From positions 227,106,001 to 227,170,000 of the forward strand of contig OZ024743.1 of NCBI GenBank assembly GCA_964016885.1: 64,000 bases of DNA, in the 5' to 3' direction. The notes under the pieces were generated by a model. The model made no database searches. It was not told where the DNA came from and worked only from the letters and a program-made list of their open reading frames with translations. This DNA comes from Eledone cirrhosa (lineage: Eukaryota). Below are positions 38,871-51,601 of the stretch, piece after piece (position 1 is the stretch's first letter; each line of letters begins with the position of its first letter). The position numbers and the translations under genes were made by a program.

Positions 38871-39353
38871 ATATATTCATCTACCACACATACGCACATA
38901 CATACATCTACCACGCATACATACATACAGGCATATATATACATATATGCATACATGTAGACATGTATGCAGAAATACAATTTTACGTAAGTACGTGCCT
39001 ATATATAAGAGTACATATGTAAGTACATATGTAAGCACACAACCAGTCATCTGTGTTTACATGCGTGTCCATAAAAACAAACTCTCTCAGACACACTCAG
39101 AATCACACACACTCAGGCATACATATACACGCAAACAATATACCACACGCACACGCAAACAAACATCTTCTCTTCACCTCCTCTTTCTCTTTCTCTTTCC
39201 TTCGTTATCGCTCTGTCCCGCACAGACACACGCATGTACACATATGCATACGCACCTACACTTATTTGACGATACACATACAGCGAAACACGCGTGCAAA
39301 CACACATAGACGTTCTTAAACACACGCATTTTCCTCTCCTTCTCTCCCGAAAG

Positions 39354-39451
<98 letters not shown>

Positions 39452-40084
39452 CACAGATATACACACACTAACAAACGAAACAACTATACACATTCTCTTT
39501 CCATCTATTTCCCTCTCTCCTCCTTCTGTTCCTGTCTCTGTACCCATCTCCATGACATATACATATACAAACAAACATATACACATATATGTAAACCTCT
39601 TCATTTTTAATTATAATCACCCGTTTACATAAACACTCAGAAATTCACACTCACTCACACATATATATATATTTACACCGTTTCCATATCTCCAACTAAC
39701 AACACATTCACATACATAGACGCACATACACAAATTCAAGTATGCCTTACCAATCTCACTCACTTTCACAAACACTCAGATACAGATGTGCATATGCACA
39801 TTCACATGTACACACATATACACATATACAAGTATGCCGCCATTTTCTACTCCCTCTGAGTCTCTCTCAGACACACATAAAAACATATATACACTCAAAC
39901 ATACACTTCTCTCCCTGTATTTATTTCACTGTGTCACACACACATACAAACAGGGAAACCATGCACGTATTTAGATTGATAAAGCAAGTGATGCATGGTG
40001 TAACCCAGTCCTTTGATATTTTGTCATAAGTACAGTGGAAGTAATATAATCAACTATATCGCGTGTGTCCCTGTGGAACAACTG

Positions 40085-40495
40085 CAAACGGCAGCGACCA
40101 TATTGCTATCACACAACATTTACTGCCATATTGCCACCATACACATAACTACAACCGCCATATCGTTTTCATACACACACAACTATAAGGGCCATATTCC
40201 CACCATACAACTACAACGGCCATATTCCCACCATACAACTACGACGGCCTTATTCCCACCACACAATTAAAACGGCCATATTGCCAACACATAACAACAA
40301 ACAACGGCCATATTACTAATACATAACAACTACACCGGCCAGATTCCTTGCACACAATTAAAACTGTTATATTGCTAACATAACTACAGCGGCCATACTG
40401 ATATCACACAACTATAGCTGCATGTTTTCTGTCACACACCCACAACGGCCTAGTGCTAGGACACCTGAATTAAAACAGCCATATTGCCAACGCAC
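40085..40495 (+). repeat. Minisatellite, unit about 26-30 bp
   Basis: Recurring ACAACTACAACGGCCATATTCCCACCAT. Confidence 0.85.
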
Positions 40496-41667
40496 ATTTT
40501 CAAAATAATCACCTTTTGACTATTAATAATCATCCATTGTTTGGTATGCTGTTGGTATTGGCTTTGTTGTCGCTGTTCTTGTCGGTGGTAGTGGTGGGTC
40601 CGGTTCATCGTTGATTTTGCTGGTTGTTGTTGATGTTATTGCACTTGTTGCTGGTGCTGCTGGTCGCTATTGGTTCTTATAATTGTTAGACTTTATTGCT
40701 AGTTGCTGTTGATGTGTGTAGTGATGATGATGATGTTGTCGTCGTTGCTAGTTATTGCATAAGTTGTTATTGATGCAGTTGATCTATATTTTTGTTGAGA
40801 TTATTGTTGTTAGTGGCCATTGTGTTCATCGTCTTTATAGCTGTGGTTGTTTTTGATGGTGAGGTTCTTGATTTCTAGTGACTGCTGTGGTTTATTTTGT
40901 TGTCATTGTTAGCGGCGTAGTTAGTTATTGCTGGTGGCTACTGTTGTGGTTAATTGTGTTGTGGTTGGCGGCCTATATTGTTGGTCGTTATTATTGGTGA
41001 TGGTTATTAATTGTTTATACTCTTTTGTTTTCAATAACAAAAATGATCGTCACTTTCTCCTCCTTCTCCATCTTTTCCTTCTTCAAGATTTACAAATTAT
41101 TTTGTTTTTAGTGTTGATCATCATTATTTTGTTTCTTCTTTGTTTCCCATTCCTTCCCCTATTCCTTCTTTCTTCTCAACTATCCTACTTTCTGTCCTCT
41201 TTTATTATTCTCATGAGTTATATATGAATATTGTAGGTAGGTTAATGAGCCTGGATATCCTCACTCTGTCAGGTAGGTCGATACACTTGGCTCTGTAGTG
41301 CAGTGAGTAGTGTGTGCCCTTTGTTCAACACAATTCCTTTAAACTGTTAAACTTTATACACCAGTACAATGCTTATACCGCTGTGCTGTCATTTATACCG
41401 ATTGTGTTGCTATTTCTGTTTACCTTTTACATACGTACAAACACCACCTTCAGCCCCCCCCCCACTCGGGACCCCCCCCCCCTCTCTCTCCGAACTCCAC
41501 ACGCCGCCACCCCTACAAGCCTCACACCCTTCCACGACTTGTTTATCTTTATGTTTATTTTTATTTGTACCCCTTCCATCGTTTTTCCTCCCTTTTCTCT
41601 CCTCCTTTTTCTAAATGTCTCTCCACCACTCCCCCACACACACTCGTAACTCTCTTCCTACCCACTT

Positions 41668-41703
41668 TTCTGCTGATGAAGGGATTATGCCCGAAACGTC
41701 ATT
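41668..41703 (+). ncRNA. Ultra-minimal hammerhead-like motif in a PLE-type pseudo-LTR (about 41400-41792)
   Basis: TG-CTGATGA-A-GGG ATTATG CCC-GAA-ACGT-CA. Stem III is the loopless palindrome ACGT and stem I is poor. AATAAA follows about 35 nt downstream. Confidence 0.6.
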
Positions 41704-41787
41704 CCCACCCCCAACCCACTCTCAAGAGCGTGAACCTAATAAACATTTATTTGTACTGCCTCTCTCTTTTTGTTCCCGTCTAAGTTC

Positions 41788-41865
<78 letters not shown>

Positions 41866-42374
41866 GAATTGGTGCTCTGAAATAGCGATATATATATATA
41901 TGAATGTATATATAGTGTATTTTGCAATACACTGCATGCTTACTTAAAAGCATTTTGAAGACCTTACGCTATTGTTTTAAAGTAGTGACTATGTGACTTA
42001 CTTCCTTTTTCAACAAACAAAGCGAGGTAAGCAGACAGATTTCTGTTTCATACTGTTGGTATTCCTCAGAGCTTAGCACCACCCTTGCTTGTTAAAAATT
42101 ATGAATGGTGGATTCTTATAGAATTCCAGTAATAATCAGGAACTGATTATACAGAGCGGTTGCCGGTCCAACAAAAATTTTAAAATATATTTTTTTTATA
42201 TATATATATGTATATTCTATATATATATATATGTATATTCTATATATATATATATATAAGTCTATAATATTCCCGCTTGCTCTAGTGGCCAGGTCACTTT
42301 AACGGCTATAACTCATACGATTATTAGCATTATATTTGCGGACCATGGGACGTATGTCCTATAGAAAGGAAATA

Positions 42375-42453
42375 GCTATCTGATGAAATCTACTTTCCGT
42401 TGGAAATTCTCTGAATTTCCAGTCTTTTGTGGATGGAAACCGCCGGTAATAGC
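42375..42453 (+). ncRNA. Type-I hammerhead ribozyme with extended stem II
   Basis: GCTAT-CTGATGA-A-ATCTAC-TTTCCG-TTGGAAATTC TCT GAATTTCCAG-TCTTTT-GTGGAT-G-GAA-ACCG C CGGT-A-ATAGC. Perfect 5-bp stem I; predicted cleavage after A42448. Confidence 0.82.
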
Positions 42454-42532
42454 ATTATGGACAGGTAGATATTTAAATTATTTTTTAAATTTATTTAAAG
42501 GATTGTTTAATGTTTGTTTGTTCTGCTCATCA

Positions 42533-42582
<50 letters not shown>

Positions 42583-42584
<2 letters not shown>

Positions 42585-42635
42585 TTAAGGTAAACTTTGT
42601 TGCAATACGACTCGAGCACAACGTACTATTTCCAC

Positions 42636-42732
<97 letters not shown>

Positions 42733-42830
42733 TGAGAATGCAAAGTAGTTTCTGATGTTAAAGTCCTTTAATGATATCACTAAAGTACTTTAACATCTGA
42801 AACTACGTTGCATTTTCATATTCTGCCTTC
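42583..42830. mobile_element. Short fold-back cassette interrupted by (GA)n
   Basis: Arms at about 42734-42772 and 42781-42820. The arm contains GAAAC TAC GTT, resembling an HHR 3' half. Confidence 0.55.
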
Positions 42831-42866
42831 CCCCCCCCCCCTCTCTCTATATATATATATATATAT

Positions 42867-43490
42867 GAGAGACGTAAAATAAGAAAATTATAAAATTAAC
42901 TTACTTACTAAAATTTCACTCCAACTAATTAGTTTCTGAAAGGGAATAAACATAGTTTCCGAAGAAACGTACGGAGAAGCCTTTCGTCATCAGGGAAGTC
43001 TATTCTCAGCTAAGTTTCCAGGCAATACGTGGACACAGGGAACTTATACAAAAATAATTCAGTGGATGGAAAAAGCAAAGCGTAGACTAAATTCCAAGCC
43101 ATTGAAAAAATCACTGCCTACTGCGTCGGTGGCAAATTCAAAAGAATCAATCACGTGACATCGAGGTCAATCAGTGAAGAGTGGTTTGTTAAGAAGACAG
43201 CAGCCGGACCGTTACTATAGTAGCAGTTTTGGCCAATTTTTGCTCGACAAAATAATTTGGAGTTAATTATAAAGAATTAGTATATCTAGTAACATATATA
43301 TACACAGATGCATACTTATGCTAGCAAATATATAGGTTTTGTCTTAGTAACTTTGTGGTTCAATGCATGGGGATGCAGAACAATAATATGAGAGACGTAA
43401 AATAAGAAAATTATAAAATTAACTTACTTACTAAAATTTCACTCCAACTAATTAGTTTCTGAAAGGGAATAAACATAGTTTCCGAAGAAA
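42867..43490 (-). mobile_element. Non-coding partial-tandem element (523-bp period) with hammerhead
   Basis: 42867-42968 is repeated identically at 43390-43490. No ORF. Confidence 0.75.
42918..43000 (-). ncRNA. Type-I hammerhead ribozyme with long stem II loop
   Basis: Minus strand: GACTTCC-CTGATGA-C-GAAAGG...(about 36 nt)...CCTTTC-A-GAA-ACTAATTAGT-T-GGAGT. Confidence 0.7.
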
Positions 43491-43682
43491 TAGTAATAGT
43501 AATATTTATACTTATATATGTTTAATATACAATTATAAATATGGAGGCAGTTACCGATAGGATAAAAAGCTCATTGTAAATTATGTGTATTACAGAACCG
43601 AGATACAAAATATTAAAACAATGAAATCTTAGTTTAATAAATTTATTTGCTGACAATTGTTTCTTCAATTAATTATATATAA

Positions 43683-43783
43683 AAGTCATTTCTATCTATT
43701 CAAAAATGTGTAGAGAGAGTTAAAGACATTTTTATAACAAGATAGGGATTTATATATAATATAATATATATATAGATATATAT

Positions 43784-43843
<60 letters not shown>

Positions 43844-44454
43844 ATACATATATAGTTATATATATTCAGATTATGCAGAGAGAGTTACATTTTTTTAATA
43901 ATAAGATAGGGATTTATATAATATATAATGGAGTAATTAGTGGGAGATCAAAGAAGGGGTTTATTAATATATATATATATGTTTGTAATGGTGCTAATTT
44001 GATAACTAAGAAGTAATATCGAACAGGTTATATGTTGGTGTGGTTTGTTTAAGTTAAGGTTTTGTTATATAATTACAAATATCTAATGGGATAAATTTAA
44101 AGGTCTAGTATTATTTCCGACATTGGTTTGTATCAGCTACTTGGTTTGAAGTAGTAGAAAGAAAATGTGTGGTAATGTGGACACGTGGAAAAAATCTCTG
44201 ATTTCCTAAACAATTTAGACACCCTGATATACTTACTTTTAAAACAATATATAACATCAATTGAATAACTGACAACAGTGTATATAACACTAATTACTCC
44301 ATTAAATATTATATAAATCCCTATCTTGTTATAAACATTTTTTAACTCTCTCTGCACAATCTGAAATATATATATATATATATATGAGAATATATATATA
44401 TGAGAATATATATATATGAGAATATATATATATATATATATGAGAATATATATA

Positions 44455-44532
<78 letters not shown>

Positions 44533-44645
44533 TCACACATATATATATATATATTATATATACATATATATATTATATAAATCCCTATCTTGTTATTAAA
44601 ATGTCTTTAACTCTCTCTACACAATTTGGATAGATAAGAACAACA
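43683..44645. repeat. Nested inverted repeats, four copies of one 70-80 bp unit
   Basis: AGAGAGAGTTA...ATAACAAGATAGGGATTTATAT at about 43710 and 43876 (+), and at about 44310-44355 and 44575-44620 (-). Confidence 0.75.
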
Positions 44646-45219
44646 AAAAACTTTTATATACAATTATTTAATAATCATTAATAATATTTTATAATTTATT
44701 AATATTATTTAATAACACTACTTAATGAAAGACGACTTTCAATAGATAATAAAATCCATTTACAATAATAAAACAACCCTTAGTTTATCAATAACCTTAA
44801 ATACCTCCTTAATTGCCTCCCTTTGTTATTAGCCTCCCTGGACATTACCACTTCCTTTTTGTTTAATTCATAACGTTAAAACAACTTAACGACTTCTCAA
44901 CCGCCAAATAACTATTAATGGAACTCGCACATAATGCAAACTCTAATATTCCTTAATAGAAAATTTAAAGATAGGAATGCCTAGTATAATATAACAACAT
45001 AGCCAGTAATTCAGTGGAATTTATCTTTACCAAACACATATCTATAAACTATACACATCTAAAAAAAATTACATCTAAAACTAAGAAGATTCCATGTTTA
45101 ATACATATGTGTTACACCCCACATATACATCTATATACGAACTCCAATATAAAAATTCTTGAATAAAAATCACCTATCTAATTCAATCACGGGGTTTGAA
45201 TCACAGTTTACATAACATA

Positions 45220-46114
45220 CGAGGTGTGTCAGAACATTTCTAGGACCGATGTCACAAAAGATTTATTTCAAACCCAAACTTCACACTAAGAGTTTTCCCC
45301 TTCAAAGTAATCCACCCTGGAGCATGTAACTGTAATCTTAGCTCTATGCAGCGATCAAACTTTTTTCTTCAGAATTTTATATACACGTCCTCTGTTTCAG
45401 GTCGTCAAGCAATGAGCCCAGAGCAACGAACAAACTTGCAAACTCCGTCAGAAGCACTGGGATAGCTGCAGCAAGTGTATGGAGATGAGACGATGTCACG
45501 CTCACGTGTTTTCGAGTGGTGCAAGGTTTAAAGAAGGACGCGAGGACGTGGAAGATGACCCAAGGAGCGGAAGGCCCTCAACAACCAGGACTGAGGTCAA
45601 AGTTGAGCGCGTCAGGCAGATGGTGTGTATCAATCGTCGGCTGACTGTTCGACTGATGGCAAATGAGCTGGGCATGAATCGAGACAGCGTCTGGAAGATT
45701 CTCACTGAAGATTTGGACATGCGGAAAGTCTGCACGAAGATGGTTACAAAACTGGTGAACGATGACCAGAAGGGTCGACACATGCAAGTGTGCCAGGACA
45801 TCTTCGAGCTTCTTGAAACAGAACCAGACTTGCTAGGGAGAGTCATCACCGGTGATGAGTTATAGATCTTCGAGTACGACCCAGAGGTGACCCGTTCTGA
45901 AGACGTGGACGACATCAAAAAGGTCGTGACGACGGAACTGCGGAGGATCCCGGAAGAACCCTTCCAGGAGTGCAGGCAAGCGTGGCAGAAAAGGATGGGA
46001 AAGTGCATTAGACTCCAGGGGGATTACTTTGAAGGTGAAAACTCTTAATGTGAAGTTTGGGTTTGAAATAAATCTTTTGTGACATCAGTCCTGGAACTTT
46101 TCTGACCCTCCTCG
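45220..46114 (+). mobile_element. Internally deleted mariner transposon
   Basis: TA TSD (45218-19, 46115-16); TIRs begin CGAGG. Transposase remnants: HTH region (RFKEGREDVEDDPRSGRPST), ITGDEL*IFEYDPE, then a jump to the C-terminus ...KCIRLQGDYFEG. Confidence 0.93.
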
Positions 46115-46686
46115 TATATCCATTTTATCACCACATGTCTCTCTACCATTTAGAGAATTAAAAAATTAAAACATTTCTAACACTTGTAACATGCTTTTAC
46201 ATGCTACATTAAATATGCTTTTTTCAGTTATAATATAACTCTTAACTCATACATGCCTTTATTAATTGTATTGACTCTTGCATTATATACCCTTAACATT
46301 ACCTGATTTCCAATGCTATATATTCTATCTATCCTATCTTACATATATATTTTGGGGGGTTGTACCTTTTTTTTTTTGCTAGTACCTTTTGCACATGTAT
46401 TACCTTAAACAATAGCTTCATACATAATATACTTATTTTTGACTTTTCACCATTGCTCCTTGTAATTGTGTTTTCTGAAGCACAATATTCTTGTTTAACT
46501 CCCGCTCTACTATATGATATCTATGACACTGACAACAGTTATGTATCTACCTAAATGTTCTGAAGACTAGAATTGTAATCACCTGATTAAACATTCCCTA
46601 AACTCCGATGACATCCCCCGGATGTCAGCAAATAAATGTATTAAACAAAGATTTGATTGTTTTAATATTTTGTATATATATATATG

Positions 46687-46783
<97 letters not shown>

Positions 46784-46881
46784 TATAGATATATATATGT
46801 ACATATATATATACATATATATATATACATATATATATACATATATATATATACATATATATATACATATATATACATATG

Positions 46882-46931
<50 letters not shown>

Positions 46932-46940
46932 TATATTTAT

Positions 46941-47516
46941 AATTTTTACTTCGTATGTATCACATTCGCAACAACATATCACGCCATTTTTCATTCCTAT
47001 ATGCTTTACCCTTCGCTGTGACCTGCTATACTCTTTCTCTCTCCCACTCTCTCTCCTTCTCCCTCTTACTTTCATTCTCCCTCTCGGCTAGTTTCTTCCT
47101 CACAATTTCACTCACTCACTCACTGCTACTCTTTCACTTTCCCCAACGTCCGGCACCGTACGAAATTCTTTTCTCGCTCACTTTTCACACGCTACGTATG
47201 GTCTTTCGTCTTCTCGTCAATGTTCACAAGGTCTTATGTTCAAATGAATCACTGACTTTATTTTTCTCATATTTCCTCTCTTTACGTTGCCTCACCATTC
47301 ATGTTGTTTACCTGTCTCTCTTTCTCCACCCAATTCTTTTTATCCCAATAACTTATTTTAGTTACTGTTCGCGCTAGCCTGAGGTATCTGGTCTCTAATG
47401 CGAAAAATATACCTATGATGGCTAGTAGATCACTGATGAAGGATAGTCCCGGCTTCTCTTTCTAATTTTTACTTCATATATATCACATTCGCAACAACAC
47501 AGCACGCCCTTTTTCA

Positions 47517-47520
<4 letters not shown>
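46941..47520 (+). mobile_element. Non-coding partial-tandem element (523-bp period) with broken HHR
   Basis: 46941-46997 is repeated at 47464-47520. CTGATGA-AGGA TAG TCC at 47433-47449 lacks the GAAA. Confidence 0.6.
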
Positions 47521-47587
<67 letters not shown>

Positions 47588-48165
47588 TAAAAATGTTTAT
47601 AAATACAGGAAACCAACGAAAATATTCGAAATATCATATTTATTTCTTTTAATTTGTATAGAGCTTCACATTTTCCATGAACACTCCTTCCTTATTACAT
47701 GTTTTACGACATAGAAAATATATCTGTATGTTCGTTTTTGATGCTGTTTATTACTATCATATTGTTTTGGGGGAGGTTGGGCGGCTGTGACCCCATTGTC
47801 TTTTGAATTGTGCGTCATCTTTTTATTTTTCATTGTTCTTTTAATTATAGAGTCAGTTTTTTATGGTTATATTTGTTTACATGTTTCATGCTTATGCAAT
47901 AATAATAATAATAATAATGCTTTCTTTATTAACTACAAGGGTTTACATAAAGTAGACATTAAGGACAGTACAGGACAATACAGGACAGTACAAATGGGCA
48001 TTTCTGCGTGTAAAAGAAAACAGAAGATGTAATAAAAAAATAACAATGAAAAATTCCCCAATAGCGGGAGACTTCCGAGGGACATTTGTGGAGAAAGCCC
48101 ATTACAAGACCACAGTGACCCTGACCACCAGGGCAAGTGCCCTCTCCCAGTTTTCCACCTTTAAT

Positions 48166-51100
48166 TTACAGACACATACTCAGAGTAGGCCCATTCACTC
48201 GGGGCATACTTGCTTCTCTCACCCATCTTTCAACAAAATGCTGGGAAGAGAGCACTTCCCTCTCTACCCTGATTTTCCTTTTCAAATGAAATTTGAAAAA
48301 GTTAATCAGGGCATCACCGAAGAAGTAAGTGCTCGTCTTCATCCCTTTCAAACGTGTCCACCATACTATCTCTTTCGCCATTGCCACCAGACATATAAAA
48401 ACTGCCTGCCCTTCCCGGCTAAATGAAGAGGGCGGGGCAATCATCACGATTGACTCAGCTGATAGCTGGATCCGTCCTACGCGTGATAGCAGGTGTTCGA
48501 CATAAACCCACAAGTCAGCAATGCTCTGACACTGGACGAGTGCGTGCAAGGACGGTTTCGTCGCCCTGCGCGCATTTCGGACATGCCCGGTTGACGGCAC
48601 CTCCATGCCTGTAGAGTTTATCCCGAACTGGCAAAGTTCCTCAGTAGCACTGTAAGGCCAGGGATTTCTGGAAGTTGTCCATAGGCCCCTACCCGAAAGT
48701 CCTTCCGAAGAGATTGACTAGTTGATTTTCGTCGATGCCTAGAGTTTCTCCAAGTACGTCGTCGCTCTTCCCCTCCACTAATCCTCTATAGAACGCCAAG
48801 GTGTAGTTTCCACCAATCACATTGCCCGATTGGTCGAAGGCTGTGAGCGCCTGAAGACATTCCAGTCTCCAAGCGCTCCCTCTCGGTCTTCGCTTGCCCC
48901 AGGGCTGCAGCTCCATCAAGGAAACGAGGTGGGGAAGGACGTGTCTAGCAAACGGCGACCACACCTGATCACCGTCGAGGAACAGGTGGAGATGCCGTAG
49001 CCTGAGCGCGTGTCTGCGCATCATCAGCCACGGCATGCCCAGCCCTCCACGTAGCGGGTGTTGACAGCAAATGGACCGCCTGACCATCGGAGCGCGTCCC
49101 TTCCACAAATAGCGAAAGAGCAAACGCTCAAGCGCAGTCAGGCGGGGCTTAGGAAAAGGTACGACGGTAGTAGATGATGGACGCGATGTACGCGTTAGCC
49201 ACCTCCGCTCGACCTTTCAGGGATAGCGTCCTCTCCGTCCATTTCTGGGTGATAGAAGCCAACCTGCTCGTCACCTCGTCCCAGTTTTTGTCCGTCTGGA
49301 GGTCCGGACCGAACCAGACCCCTAGCAATTTAACCGATCCGTCCGTCCAGCGTCCGACCACGCTGTTGGACGGCATGGACCTGCCTCTCCAGGTGCCGAG
49401 CTGCTGGCCCACTGACTTTTCCTGGTTGATCATTGCTCCTGTTATCGCTTCGTATTCCCTTAGTGTAGTGACGATCGCCTCGATGTGTTTGGCAATTCGA
49501 CACCACTACGGTGAAATCGTCCGTATATGCTGACACGGATCTTCCGCATCCTAGTTCGCGCGGGATCCGCCTCAACGTCTCCAGTTTGTGCAGTAATGGC
49601 TCGAGAGTCAATACGTACAAGAGGGACGAGATAGGGACATCCTTGGCGGACCGAGCGCATGATGTTGAACGGTTCCGAAAGGTGACCGTTCACTCTCACC
49701 ACAGAGCAGATTTCGCTGTGCAGCGATCCAGCCGCTGAAGACGGGCCCAAAGCCAGCCGCCCTCAGGACTGCCGATAGGTAACGATGGTCGACCCTATCG
49801 AAAGCTTTCGACTGATCTAAATTGATCAAGGACCCACCTGTGTCAGTTTCCCTAGCTACCCTCTCTACGATGTATCGCATGAGGTGGAGGTTGTCGTGGA
49901 TGAATCTGTCGGGAATGGCGCAAGTGTGCGCCTTTTCCACCAGACCACCAACGGCAAGCGCCAACCTCTTTGCTAGCACCTTGGCCAAAATCTTGAACTC
50001 TGTGTTTAGCAGAGTTTTGAGCCTGAAATTTTCTATGTTATATCCCTTGTTCGGATCCTTTCTCATCAGCGCCACAGCTCCTCGGCTCACAGAGATGGGA
50101 ATTCTCCCGTTCTGTTGCCAGTTGCAGTAGATGTCCGCCAAGAGGCCTCCGAACGAGTCTGGAATCTGTACGTAAAGTTCATAGGGCAGACCATCCAAAC
50201 CAGGCGATTTACCCTTTGTGCAGCCAGTCATTGCCTCCCGTACTTTAACGGCTGTTATCGGCTTTTCGCAACACTCCGCCTCAGTGGCCGAGAGCCGCGG
50301 CAGTCCGTCGAGGTAGACACTAAAGTCCATCCCTCGATTCGGGCCGCCGCTGCCCCCGGACCGCTGGGAGAAGTGTCGCTTGAAAGCTTCACACATTTTC
50401 CCGGGATCGAGTAGCATGCGCCCGTCGTGGTCCACCAAAGACCGGATCGTGGCTTTGTTGCCACGAGGGCGCCTCCGCCACTCGGGCCCATTGAACCGCT
50501 TTCATCCCCTCGTGTCTGAGAGCACGCACCCTAGCTCTGACAACGCAGCCTTCTTGCTTTGCATTCAAGAATTGGTCAAGGGCCAATTTAGCCTCAAGTA
50601 CGACGGTCGCGATGCCTTTGCTAAGCGCCTCGTCTAATTTTCTAACTAGTTCTCCCTCTGTTCTATTTTTCTCTATTGCTAAAGCCTTACCTAATGGACT
50701 CTATTCTGATAGCTCTTTTCAGAGCAAACCACCACTTGTTGTTGACGATGGCCCCCGTCAACGCCCGCTTAACTACTTCGCTAATCCGGTCTAGGTAGGC
50801 CTTGCGCGCTGGTAAGGACGCGTTTAGCTTCCAGTAGCCGGGTCCTCGTCTAATAAGCCTATCTAAGTCAAGCACACAGATCACGAATTTGTGGTCCGTA
50901 TGGCTGACTATCTTGAATTGTGGACAGCCTATGCTAGACCTATCTATTTCTCTACAAAATACTCTATCTAGATATGATCTGGATGACCCAATGCGATTTT
51001 GTCCAATTCCACATTGGCACATTCGGAAAATCCAATCGGTACCTGTCAGTTCAAATCGCCTGAGCAGGTTGGTGGGACTCTTGAACCCTCCACCCTATCC

Positions 51101-51567
51101 ACTAATCCCACACAGTCCCAGCGTGCATCTAATATCCCGTTCCAGTCGCCCACTAACACTAAAGAGCAGGACGTTCCAAGAAAGGTCTCCAGACGCCGGA
51201 AGAAATCAGGCCGCCCTGCTCCTGTCTTGGAATAAACGGCCACTAGCCTGAAAGCTTGCCCGTCTCTTCTGGTCACGTCTAGCACCACCAACTTACCTTC
51301 TGGGTCCAGGAAGATGGCCCGTATGGCGAGATCCAAACATCTCCGAAAAAGCACAGCATCTCCTCCCCCCGATCCAGGACGGCTGGGTGATGCGTACACA
51401 TCGTAGCCGCCGAAGATCGGTACGAAGTCCCGTGCTTCGGAGATTCTGGTCTCGCTGATGGCCACTACATCTATGTTTAGTGACCTGAGGTCGTTGAGCA
51501 GGTGGCCCTAATTCCATGACGACCCCAAGCCACGCGCTTTTATGCTGCCTATTCTGAGTGAGGTCAT
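48166..51567 (-). pseudogene. Tx1 ORF2 (APE endonuclease, RT, C-terminal zinc finger), multiple frameshifts
   Basis: AISETR, LVGDWN, YLDRVF, TDHK, GYWKLN, KSPGLDGLP, LLNTEFKILAKVLAKRL, LDQSKAFDRVDH, VRQGCP, AYTDD, GGLGMP. Confidence 0.95.
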
Positions 51568-51601
51568 GTTGAAATGGAGTGGAAAAGATCGGAAAGACCA
51601 C

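Noticed and set aside
40085-40495. CRISPR-like periodicity
   Set aside because: Units are contiguous and degenerate with no unique spacers or cas genes, in a eukaryotic context.
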